A stretch of DNA of 14,007 nt from Leptospirales bacterium (GTDB lineage: Bacteria > Spirochaetota > Leptospiria > Turneriellales > JAOUFE01): positions 1 through 14,007 of the forward strand of contig JBEQLE010000092.1 of assembly GCA_040326155.1 (NCBI GenBank), read 5' to 3'. Positions 6,247 to 14,007 of this stretch are shown piece after piece (the stretch's first letter is position 1; every line of letters starts with the position of its first letter). A program made the position numbers and the translations under genes. The notes below the pieces were generated by a model. It was not told the origin of the DNA. It did not search any database and saw only the letters and a list, made by a program, of their open reading frames with translations.

Positions 6247-7800
6247 ATGTTTTTAAAGAAAACCTTCGTTGTAGTTGGAATACTTTTATTCTTATCCTTC
6301 ACAAACTCAACTGTTTTTGCGACAACGAAAGCGCAATACCATAAAGAATGGACGGCCATTTCGGCCGCAAAGGAATACGACAAATGCAATACTTATTACA
6401 AACAAGCGATTAAAGATTACCCCAATGAGGCCTGGTTTTATATCTTCGTTGGGCATTGCAAAAAAATGCAAAAGCAATATAAAGAGGCTTTGTTTTACTA
6501 TGACAAAGCTTTAAAACTAGCCCCAAAAGATCAGCAAATAATCGACAACGTCTACTACGGTTACACGGCGTATGCTACATATGTTATGTATACTTTGCGC
6601 GAATACAAGGCCGGATTAGCCTGGCACAAAAAAGCCATTGCCATAGATGAAAAAAATGCCTGGGGTTACAACCTGACAGGCAACGCTTACCGTAACCTCA
6701 TGCAATACGACGCATCGTATCCATATTATGCAAAAAGTTATGAGCTTAATCCAAAGTTAATGGAAAATCAAGGCTTTCGTAATAATTTTCGAGCCGGCGT
6801 TAAAGACGGAATGACTCAGGCGACATCGACATTAAAAATAGAATGGGCAAAGTTGACTTTAAAAATTTTTGGTGATGATAGAGAACTAACCATGCTCGCG
6901 CTCACCGCCTTAGTCCTTACCGATGAAAAGAAAGGCCGCGCTGAAAACGGTCGCAAGGAAACTCAAAAAGATAATTACATTAATACAAAAGAAATTATTG
7001 AAAATTTTCTACGTAAAAACAAAGACGCAAATCTTAATGTATTTGCCAACGCTTTGATGAAACTACGAAACGGGCAAGAAGAAGATGCTTTCAAAGATTT
7101 TGATAGCGTGAGCAATAAGATGAATGACTATAAAGTCGATCAATCGATAGCTGAAATTTACAAACAGAAAATGCAGTCTTTAAACTACTACGAAATGATG
7201 AAAAGTAAATATCTTGATAAACAGCTCATTTTCAACAAAAGATCGGTCGATCGATATTTTACGAAAAATCCCTTTCGATTAAAAGAAGCATTACTACCCC
7301 CCTTAAGAGGGAAATTTTGCTCAAGCCAAACCGAAGGCGGCAGGTCGTACCACAATGGACTTTACGGTCACTACAATTATGACCTCTACCTCTGTAGCGG
7401 TGATTCTATGGGAACGCCAATATACGCTGTTTCTGTCGGTGTTGTTATTGAAGTAGTGGATGGGAATACCGATCACCCCGTAGGCGCAAAAGTCAATTTA
7501 GAAGCCAAACCCAATTTTATTAAAATACAGCACTCAAACTATATTTCATTTTACGTCCACAACAAGCAAAACTCAGCAAGGGTAAAAGTGGGGCAAGAGG
7601 TAATAGCCGGCCAGCAAATAGCCCAAATCGGCAACTCCGGCGTAAGTACCGGCCCTCATCTACATTTTCAAATCATGAACAAAGACCACATTGCGTTACC
7701 AACGTATTTTAAACAGCTGAAAGGCCGCCCCATGAAGAATATCGGGCCATTGCAGCTCTTGAAGCGGTTGTGGCCTTATTATCAGTTTGAGGGTAGCTGA
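6247..7800 (+). CDS. Secreted TPR-repeat / M23-family peptidase
   Basis: Signal peptide. N-terminal TPR repeats (EAWFYIFVGHCK...YKEALFYYDKALKLAP; AWGYNLTGNAYRNL...YAKSYELNP). C-terminal M23 motifs HYNYD (HxxxD), GTPIYAV and GNSGVSTGPHLHF (HxH). Confidence 0.9.
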   Translation: MFLKKTFVVVGILLFLSFTNSTVFATTKAQYHKEWTAISAAKEYDKCNTYYKQAIKDYPNEAWFYIFVGHCKKMQKQYKEALFYYDKALKLAPKDQQIIDNVYYGYTAYATYVMYTLREYKAGLAWHKKAIAIDEKNAWGYNLTGNAYRNLMQYDASYPYYAKSYELNPKLMENQGFRNNFRAGVKDGMTQATSTLKIEWAKLTLKIFGDDRELTMLALTALVLTDEKKGRAENGRKETQKDNYINTKEIIENFLRKNKDANLNVFANALMKLRNGQEEDAFKDFDSVSNKMNDYKVDQSIAEIYKQKMQSLNYYEMMKSKYLDKQLIFNKRSVDRYFTKNPFRLKEALLPPLRGKFCSSQTEGGRSYHNGLYGHYNYDLYLCSGDSMGTPIYAVSVGVVIEVVDGNTDHPVGAKVNLEAKPNFIKIQHSNYISFYVHNKQNSARVKVGQEVIAGQQIAQIGNSGVSTGPHLHFQIMNKDHIALPTYFKQLKGRPMKNIGPLQLLKRLWPYYQFEGS

Positions 7801-8235
7801 TGGAGAAACGCGGTCTGGTTTTTTATTGCACGCGCGCTTGAATATATAGCTAACCACAATATAAAAGGGGGAGCGGAAAACCGCGTCGCAGGCGCGGGTT
7901 GAAGCGGGGGGAAAATTGATAATCGGGGATGAGAATGTACAACTTTTCCCCGCAATAAATAGACGATTATTGATATGGGGAATACCTGTGCCGATTGCTG
8001 ATTCCCGAATGGACGCTGAACTTGAAATTTATCAAGAATGGCAATACCTAAATTTAAATGACAACGCATAGTTTATGTTATATTAATATATGTGTGGACC
8101 GTCACAAACATGTTGTTGTAGATCCGAACATCTGTCATTAAATATGCCGCTCCGTTCGATATACGTTTAAAGTTTTTCCAAAAAAAAATGTTCTTTTTTT
8201 CGACAGCTTCGTAGTACAATCTTCACTACATTCGT

Positions 8236-10377
8236 TTACAACAATTTTTTTTCTTCTACGATCTGCTCTAACCGTTCATAGTTGCGCACTAACGGCACAT
8301 CCGGCAGGTTTGCAAGTAATATTTTCCCATAAAACTTTTCCATGATGCGTGTGTCTAAAATGGCGATTACGCCGGAGTCGGCTTCGTTGCGGATGAGGCG
8401 GCCAAAGGCCTGGCGGAGCATCATGGCGGAGTTGGGGAGGGAGAGTTGCATGAAGGGGTTTTCGCCTTTTTCTTCGAGTATTTTGGAGCGGGCGCTGAAG
8501 ACGGGGTCGTCGGGTGGGGTGAACATCATTTTGGTGATGATGACCATGCGCAAATGTCGGCCTGAAATGTCGATGCCCTGCCAGTATGTATTTGTCCCGA
8601 GAAGAACTGAGTCGGGGGTGTTGCGAAAATGGTCCAGTGCGCCGGCGGCTCCGTATTCGGATTGGCTGAATACAGGTAGCTCAGTTTTTTCGATAAGTTC
8701 TTCGGCGGCTCTTCGTACCATATAATGGGATGTGAATAAAACTAAAACGCCTCCGCCTGCAAGGTTGGTCAGTCTGGCGATTTCGTCGAACAAATCTTGC
8801 TCGTATGCTTCTTGCATACCACCCGAACTGCCCCAGGCGGGAACTTTAATATGGTCGGGAATATATACCAGTGACTTTTCTTTGTAGTCAAACGGGGAGG
8901 GGTAGTAGTCATACTTGACTCCGCTTTGTGCTTCGCTGCCGAAGGCATCTCGAATAAACGATTGAAAATAACCTTGTTCCACAAGTTGGTTTTTCGATAC
9001 CGGGCGTCTTCCCTGGGGCCAATACCCGAGCGTTGCGGAAGTCCACACGGCGGGTTCAACCATGGCGGGGGCCAGCTCTTCGCCAAGACCGAGGTTACAC
9101 GAAAACAGATGAAGACGACCGGCTCGTTTTTCACCCCAATAGACTTTTTTTTCGGTGTCGAATTCCTTGTATGCCTCCAGAAATGAGAGAACATTTATAA
9201 AGTTTTTTTTCGCGGCGTTAATGGCGTTTAACTCACCGGAGTCTTCGGCCTTCTCATGCATAATGATTAGTTTTTCAATGACTTCCCCGATCAGGGAAAT
9301 CAAGTTTTCTGTATCGATACCCGTTTTCTCGGTTATAATTTTAACGGCGTCTTGTTCGAAAGAGAGACCGAGTTCCACATCCCAGGAGGAATAAAAAATA
9401 TCCCAGTTCGACTCTATGCGTTGGTAGGTTTCGTCCCACTCCATCCTGGCTTCTCCGTCAAGAAATTTTCCAGCGGTTCGTTCGAATTTCTTTTGTACCT
9501 CGCGAACGTTTTCAGCGTGAAATGTTTTAGTGAAAATGGATTGGCCGGTTTTTAAGAGACCATGGGCCTCGTCGAGTATCACCGCCCCATATTGCGGCAG
9601 AGTTCTTTTCTCATTTAAAATATTATACAAAAACAGGTGGTGGTTGGCTATTAACACCCTCGATTCATTCCAAAGCTCTTTTACACGAAAATAGTTACAG
9701 CCGGAAAAAAACATGCATCGGTTACCCGGACACCCGTCGGGGTCTCTGGAAACCAGGCTCCAGAAATCGGAAGGAATTTGGTTTTTCGTTTCGAAGATAT
9801 GACCCTGGGCGCGGCCAGACGCAATTTCTTCTACCCACGCTTTATAATTTTTTTCTTGTTCGTCATCGATTAAGTCACGATGGGAACCAATATGATATGT
9901 CTCTTCATGACGCAATTTGCAAAAGTAGTTACTCGAACCAAGAGCAAGTTCATAGCGCAAACCGTTGTCGAGAATATTTTGTATTTTAGCTACATCTTTT
10001 TCAAAAAGCTGCATTTGCAGACTTTTAGTTTCTGTTGTTATAACAACTCGTTCCCCGCAAATATACGAAAAAGCAATAGCCGGTATAATGTACCCAAACG
10101 ATTTACCGACTCCGGTACCCGCTTCGACAATAAAAGTGTGTGAAAAAACAAGTGACTTTAAAATGCGAACAGCCATTTTCACCTGGGACTCTCTAGGCTG
10201 GTAGCCGGTAAAACTTTCCGATAAAAGATCGAAGGCTTTTTTTATAATGGAGTGAATGGTCTCATCGTCGAGTTGATCTAAATTAATATCTTCTTCAACC
10301 CAGGGAGGTTTGGAAGGTACAAAAGTTATATCTTCGCCCGAAGAAGACGGAGCCGGGGGGAACATATTCTCATCCAT
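8236..10377 (-). CDS. dinG: DinG/YoaA-family Fe-S ATP-dependent helicase
   Basis: Q motif YQPRESQ, Walker A EAGTGVGKS, Fe-S cysteines (YFCK...GCPGNRCMFFSGC), ANHH, DEAH, TSATL, LFTS, WQGID, RQAFGRLIR. Start refined to ATG 10377 (MDENM), overlapping the upstream stop. Confidence 0.93.
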   Translation of the reverse strand: MDENMFPPAPSSSGEDITFVPSKPPWVEEDINLDQLDDETIHSIIKKAFDLLSESFTGYQPRESQVKMAVRILKSLVFSHTFIVEAGTGVGKSFGYIIPAIAFSYICGERVVITTETKSLQMQLFEKDVAKIQNILDNGLRYELALGSSNYFCKLRHEETYHIGSHRDLIDDEQEKNYKAWVEEIASGRAQGHIFETKNQIPSDFWSLVSRDPDGCPGNRCMFFSGCNYFRVKELWNESRVLIANHHLFLYNILNEKRTLPQYGAVILDEAHGLLKTGQSIFTKTFHAENVREVQKKFERTAGKFLDGEARMEWDETYQRIESNWDIFYSSWDVELGLSFEQDAVKIITEKTGIDTENLISLIGEVIEKLIIMHEKAEDSGELNAINAAKKNFINVLSFLEAYKEFDTEKKVYWGEKRAGRLHLFSCNLGLGEELAPAMVEPAVWTSATLGYWPQGRRPVSKNQLVEQGYFQSFIRDAFGSEAQSGVKYDYYPSPFDYKEKSLVYIPDHIKVPAWGSSGGMQEAYEQDLFDEIARLTNLAGGGVLVLFTSHYMVRRAAEELIEKTELPVFSQSEYGAAGALDHFRNTPDSVLLGTNTYWQGIDISGRHLRMVIITKMMFTPPDDPVFSARSKILEEKGENPFMQLSLPNSAMMLRQAFGRLIRNEADSGVIAILDTRIMEKFYGKILLANLPDVPLVRNYERLEQIVEEKKLL

Positions 10378-10798
10378 TTTTAAAAGCCAGGTTTGCCAGA
10401 TAATCGGCAATAGTATTTTTCTCTCTTTTCACATGTAGAAATTGATATTTACTTCCTCTAATAAGGAGTTTTACTTTTTCATAATAAGGATAAAGGGTTT
10501 TACTTTTTACTTTGTATTGTCCGTTAATCTGTCGAATAACCAGTTCGGAATCCATATAAATAGTGGCCTCATCAATGCCTTGTTCTTTCAACTTTTCAAT
10601 GGCTTTTGTAACAGAGGTATACTCCGCTTCGTTGTTTGTTTTTTTTCCGATTTTTTCACTCAGGGTAAAAACAATATTTGGATGACCCGATTCCATTTCA
10701 GCCAATTCACAAGGGGACCCGGTAAAACAAACCGCCCCGATCGAAGCGGGACCGGGGTTTCCTTTAGAAGCCCCATCGGTAAAAACAAGATAACTCAT
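10370..10798 (-). CDS. rnhA: Ribonuclease HI-family protein (short type without a basic protrusion)
   Basis: Catalytic motifs FTDGASKGNPG, TNNEAEY, MDSELV and NTIADYLAN. Start refined to ATG 10798, in an ATGA overlap with the upstream ATPase stop. Confidence 0.9.
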   Translation of the reverse strand: MSYLVFTDGASKGNPGPASIGAVCFTGSPCELAEMESGHPNIVFTLSEKIGKKTNNEAEYTSVTKAIEKLKEQGIDEATIYMDSELVIRQINGQYKVKSKTLYPYYEKVKLLIRGSKYQFLHVKREKNTIADYLANLAFKNG

Positions 10799-11775
10799 CG
10801 AATGCACCTGTACATAGAATCTTTGGTTTTTTTAAATTCAATTTCATGTTCACAACGGCTTTCAGCATACTCGCAACGGTTTCGAAATGCGCACCCTTTT
10901 GGTATATTTCCAAGCGAGGGAACCTGGCCGGGTATAGCGTGAAGTTTTTTCGTTTTTTTATTCTTATGAGAATCATAATCAGGAATGGAATTTATAAGTC
11001 CCTGTGTGTACGGATGTTTACTTTTTGTCAAAATTTTATCGGCAGGTCCGTACTCAATAATCTGTCCGGCGTACATAATGGCAACGTTGTCGGCCATTTG
11101 TGAAACAATTCCGAGGTCGTGAGTAATCAACAAAATCGCCATCTGGGTTCGGTCACGCAACTCTTTTAAAAGCGAAAGTATCTGCGCTTGAATCGTAACA
11201 TCCAGAGCCGTAGTTGGTTCATCTGCAATTAAGAGAGAGGGAGAGACCGCGAGGGCCATGGCGATCATTGCTCGCTGGCGCATTCCTCCAGAAAGTTCAT
11301 AAGGGTAAGAGTAAACACGGTTTTCGGGTTCGGGTATTCCAACGGTTCTTAAAAGTTCAACGGCCTTTTCTCTAGCGGCTTTTTTGTTCATATCACTATG
11401 GGTCAGAATTGACTCTACAATCTGGTAACCAATTGTAAAAACGGGATTCAGGGCAGTCATGGGTTCTTGAAAGATCATGGAGATTTTAGCGCCGCGAATG
11501 GAGTTCATTTCGGTCTCGGTCAAGTCGACCAGGTTTTTACCTTCGAACTCAATTTTACCGGTTTCAATAAAAGCGGGGGGGTCCAACAGTTGTAAAATAC
11601 TGAGCGCTGTAAGGGTTTTTCCGCTACCAGATTCACCGACCACGGCTAAAATTTCCCCTTCTTTAATCTGTAAATCTATGCCGCGTATAGCATAAAGAGA
11701 TTCAGTTTCCGTTTTAAACCCGGCTTTCAGGTTTTCAATTTTCAACAGGACTTTTTTATCTTGGATTTTTGGCAC
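10795..11775 (-). CDS. oppD: Peptide/nickel ABC transporter ATP-binding subunit (OppD/DppD type)
   Basis: Walker [20 protein letters not shown], signature LSGGMRQR, Walker [17 protein letters not shown], and C-terminal HPYT plus Cys cluster (GCAFRNRC...RC...RC). Confidence 0.93.
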   Translation of the reverse strand: MPKIQDKKVLLKIENLKAGFKTETESLYAIRGIDLQIKEGEILAVVGESGSGKTLTALSILQLLDPPAFIETGKIEFEGKNLVDLTETEMNSIRGAKISMIFQEPMTALNPVFTIGYQIVESILTHSDMNKKAAREKAVELLRTVGIPEPENRVYSYPYELSGGMRQRAMIAMALAVSPSLLIADEPTTALDVTIQAQILSLLKELRDRTQMAILLITHDLGIVSQMADNVAIMYAGQIIEYGPADKILTKSKHPYTQGLINSIPDYDSHKNKKTKKLHAIPGQVPSLGNIPKGCAFRNRCEYAESRCEHEIEFKKTKDSMYRCIR

Positions 11776-11834
11776 GTATCAATTTCCAGTTCAGATGCGG
11801 TTTGTAAAGCAATTCGTAATTTATTGCCAAAACT

Positions 11835-12440
11835 TTATTGCCACTTCAGGCGAAACCTTTTATTAGCCCAGGCCTTCCAACTGAGGTGGGGGCGTGTTCC
11901 CTGGGGCAATTTTTGTTGTTCAATTTTTTCGTAAAGTCCGGTCTGGGTATATTGCTGGTAAAGATTGGGATAATAACGGGTTTCCAGGCTGAGGTCTCCT
12001 TTGAACAAAAGTGCCACTGAATTTAAAACTTTTTTCTCTTCTCGGGAAAAAACATAGGGTGGCTCCACATGAGCGCGGTAGACCATTCCTTTCAAAACCA
12101 TCATCGGGCCGTGCTTGGTTTTTTTAGTTACAACCTGGGGAAATATCTCAATTTCTTTTTTGGTAACCATTTCGTGCATAATCTCGTTAAATAACAGAGG
12201 CTGGGGGCTGCCTTCAATGTGAAGGTAATCCAGTTCGGTTATAGTTTTTTCGTATTTTTGATAATAATGGCCATCCGAATAGTAAAGGTGCTTACAAAGC
12301 GTCACCCGATTCAATTTTTCGGGAATTTTATGTATAAAAAACAATATGGCAGAACGAAGTTTGGGAGCCTGGCGATACAACGGCAAAGCCTGGAGATCTT
12401 CTTCGGGGGGACTTTTTTTTTCCTTTTCAGTGTTACTCAT
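11835..12440 (-). CDS. Panacea/DUF4065 (SocA-like) domain protein
   Basis: KLRSAILFFI...LCKHLYYSDGHYYQKYEKTITELDYLHIEGSPQP follows the Panacea pattern KL.KLLYY.D......IT...Y.....GPVP, with SPQP in place of GPVP; FSREEKKVL follows. Start moved to ATG 12440 to avoid overlap with lipB. Confidence 0.7.
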   Translation of the reverse strand: MSNTEKEKKSPPEEDLQALPLYRQAPKLRSAILFFIHKIPEKLNRVTLCKHLYYSDGHYYQKYEKTITELDYLHIEGSPQPLLFNEIMHEMVTKKEIEIFPQVVTKKTKHGPMMVLKGMVYRAHVEPPYVFSREEKKVLNSVALLFKGDLSLETRYYPNLYQQYTQTGLYEKIEQQKLPQGTRPHLSWKAWANKRFRLKWQ

Positions 12441-12457
12441 AAGTCTATCTAAACTCC

Positions 12458-13069
12458 ATGGAAATCGCATCAGACTATAAAGGTCTAATCGAGTTTGCCG
12501 AGAGTCTCAAGTTGATGGAAGAAAAATTTAATGAGGCTGTACAGCAAAAAAAAACATATTTAACGGGATGCCAACACCCCCTCGTATACACAGCCGGTCT
12601 AAAAAGCGAACCCGCCCATATTTTAGAAAAAATTCCAGTCATAAAAGTACGCAGAGGTGGTTCCGTAACCGTCCACAACCCCGGCCAACTCATGTTCTAC
12701 ACCGTATTGGCAATAGACGACTCCAACGGAGGTCTGGTCGGCCATATTCGCAAGCTCGAGAAAGCAATCATTCAAACATTAGCCAACTACGGCGTCCGGG
12801 CCTTCCAACACAAAAAATACACAGGTGTCTGGACCATGCACGGTAAAATCGCCTTTATAGGCCTCGGCCTCAAAAAAAAATGCATCTACCACGGCGCCGC
12901 CATCAACATAACCAACAACCTGAACGACTACAACCCCATCAAAAGCTGCGGCCTCCCCGAACCCATCACAAGACTAATCGACGAAATACCAGTTGTGGAA
13001 AACCCCACCATACCAAGCCCCGAAACCTTCTTCCACGAAATGGTAAAAATCTGGCGCCACGATCGGTAA
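12458..13069 (+). CDS. lipB: Lipoyl(octanoyl) transferase
   Basis: QHPLVYTAG, RRGGSVTVHNPGQL, GVW, KIAFIG, HGAAIN and IKSCG (catalytic Lys and Cys). Confidence 0.93.
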   Translation: MEIASDYKGLIEFAESLKLMEEKFNEAVQQKKTYLTGCQHPLVYTAGLKSEPAHILEKIPVIKVRRGGSVTVHNPGQLMFYTVLAIDDSNGGLVGHIRKLEKAIIQTLANYGVRAFQHKKYTGVWTMHGKIAFIGLGLKKKCIYHGAAINITNNLNDYNPIKSCGLPEPITRLIDEIPVVENPTIPSPETFFHEMVKIWRHDR

Positions 13070-13071
13070 GT

Positions 13072-13316
13072 GCCAGGTGAAGTTTGGTTGTGGAAATCCA
13101 CAAGAGGAGGCCCACGGTTGGGGAAATCCCTAGGAGAAATCTCATATGGGGAAAGTGGAGATTATACACCTCGCGTTTTCTCGTCTTTCCCCTGGCTTTG
13201 GCCCGCAAGCGGTCCGCCGCCACCCCATACGATATTTTTCGGGGGTGTGGTGGTGGGTGTGGCCAATTATTAGTAGTTGATAAAGGGTACAGACCCAAAT
13301 ATCTTGTTTTATCAGC
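13072..13316 (+). ncRNA. Candidate structured RNA or dispersed palindromic repeat element (family unknown)
   Basis: Six stem-loops identified by eye: three with a G-AAAU-C loop, GGGGAAAG/CTTTCCCC, a long G.U-rich stem closed by TTGGCC/GGCCAA, and GTTGATAAA/TTTATCAGC. The overlapping ORFs do not look like proteins. Confidence 0.4.
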
Positions 13317-13423
13317 CAATCTATTGATAAATCACATTATACGAAGGATTTGTTTTTGCCGGTTTCAATTTGAGTTATCTATACTCTACTGACATCAGCT
13401 TTTTCCGCCATTTGAATTTGTGA

Positions 13424-13663
13424 AAAACCGAGACTCTTTCAAAAAATTCATCTTGCACATTGCGTCGAATTGCCTGGGCTTTAGGTATGCCAATGACCAA
13501 GACATCAGAGTCGCTTATGGGTTTACTACCCTATTTTCTGAACAAAAGAAAAGTTCGTGCAAAATATCGTGATAAAACGAAATGTCATGAATGTGCTTTT
13601 AAGAATTTCGAACCTGAAAATCTGGCGAAATGCAAAGGGATATTGAAAAAATCTAAAATATAA
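13424..13663 (+). pseudogene. Small Cys-containing protein, probably degenerate
   Basis: The frame reads KTETLSKNSSCTLRRIAWALGMPMTKT...KVRAKYRDKTKCHECAF with no clear start or RBS. One CxxC is intact; a second position RAKY (CGT..TAT) is one base per codon away from CAKC. Confidence 0.4.
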
Positions 13664-13746
13664 ACAGAACATGGATCGCTGTGTATTAAAGAGAATTTTT
13701 ATGAAAAAGACTTTACTCCAAAGGTTAAATTGATATATTATCAATT

Positions 13747-13956
13747 ATGGTATTCAAGGAAATCCTAAAAATAATTTTGATTTTTGCCAAAGGTCTATTT
13801 AATGGATTTTCTATATATAAACATTCAAGTTTATTAAGATTATTCACAGCTATTTCAACTTATACAGCATTATTTGCTATCATATTACCACTAAGCACAA
13901 ACCCATTTACCAATGAGGTAAAAAAGTATATTAATGAAGTCTTTCCGGGACATTGA
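13747..13956 (+). CDS. Hypothetical small membrane protein in an AT-rich region
   Basis: ATG-started 69-aa ORF with hydrophobic segment LFTAISTYTALFAIILPL. The frame stays open after the TGA to the window end, so it may be an interrupted longer gene. Confidence 0.3.
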   Translation: MVFKEILKIILIFAKGLFNGFSIYKHSSLLRLFTAISTYTALFAIILPLSTNPFTNEVKKYINEVFPGH

Positions 13957-14007
13957 TATGACCCCGAAAAAACGGACACACCTACGCAATTAATTTTACA
14001 GCATATT

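Noticed and set aside
7782..8069. 95-aa minus-strand ORF
   Set aside because: Overlaps the M23 gene end, has no RBS and no recognisable motif.
8236..10377. DinG as CasDinG of a type IV CRISPR system or as a defence helicase
   Set aside because: No cas genes or repeat-spacer array in the window; the context is housekeeping.
8342..12846. Antisense and alternative-frame ORFs in dinG, rnhA, oppD, the Panacea-like gene and lipB (e.g. 8342-8725, 8769-9194, 10442-10942, 12568-12846)
   Set aside because: Shadows of strongly supported genes.
13088..13160. CsrB/RsmZ-like sRNA (six GGA motifs) or a mini CRISPR array (repeated GAAATC)
   Set aside because: The GGAs lack the ANGGA context and mostly sit in stems; the repeats are only 6-8 bp with irregular short spacing.
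12880..13392. ORFs 12880-13080, 12966-13319, 13070-13273 and 13084-13392
   Set aside because: Mutually overlapping, low-complexity translations over the palindromic element; better explained as non-coding.

Overview
Bacterial chromosomal window, possibly from a Leptospirales-like spirochaete (inferred from gene content only). The main feature is a compact minus-strand respiratory operon (4086->569): soluble monoheme cytochrome c, low-potential-type Rieske protein, fused b6+subunit IV-like cytochrome b, and an N-terminally anchored octaheme HAO-family cytochrome that appears to lack the oxidative Tyr cross-link. This looks like a Rieske/cytb complex wired to a reductive HAO-like enzyme. Divergent from it is nth. 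Next is a small decaying island with two internal deletions: an RND permease reduced in frame to its first 55 and last ~94 residues, and a HigB/RelE-type toxin cut off at an ATGGC junction directly onto its intact HTH antitoxin, with the promoter and operator palindrome preserved. Then come a TPR-M23 peptidase, a coupled oppD-like ATPase / RNase HI / DinG-type helicase run preceded by a stand-alone Panacea (DUF4065)-like gene, and lipB. After lipB lies an unannotated ~250-nt, strongly foldable + strand element, followed by an AT-rich, probably degenerate tail. All calls come from reading motifs by eye; no database searches were run.
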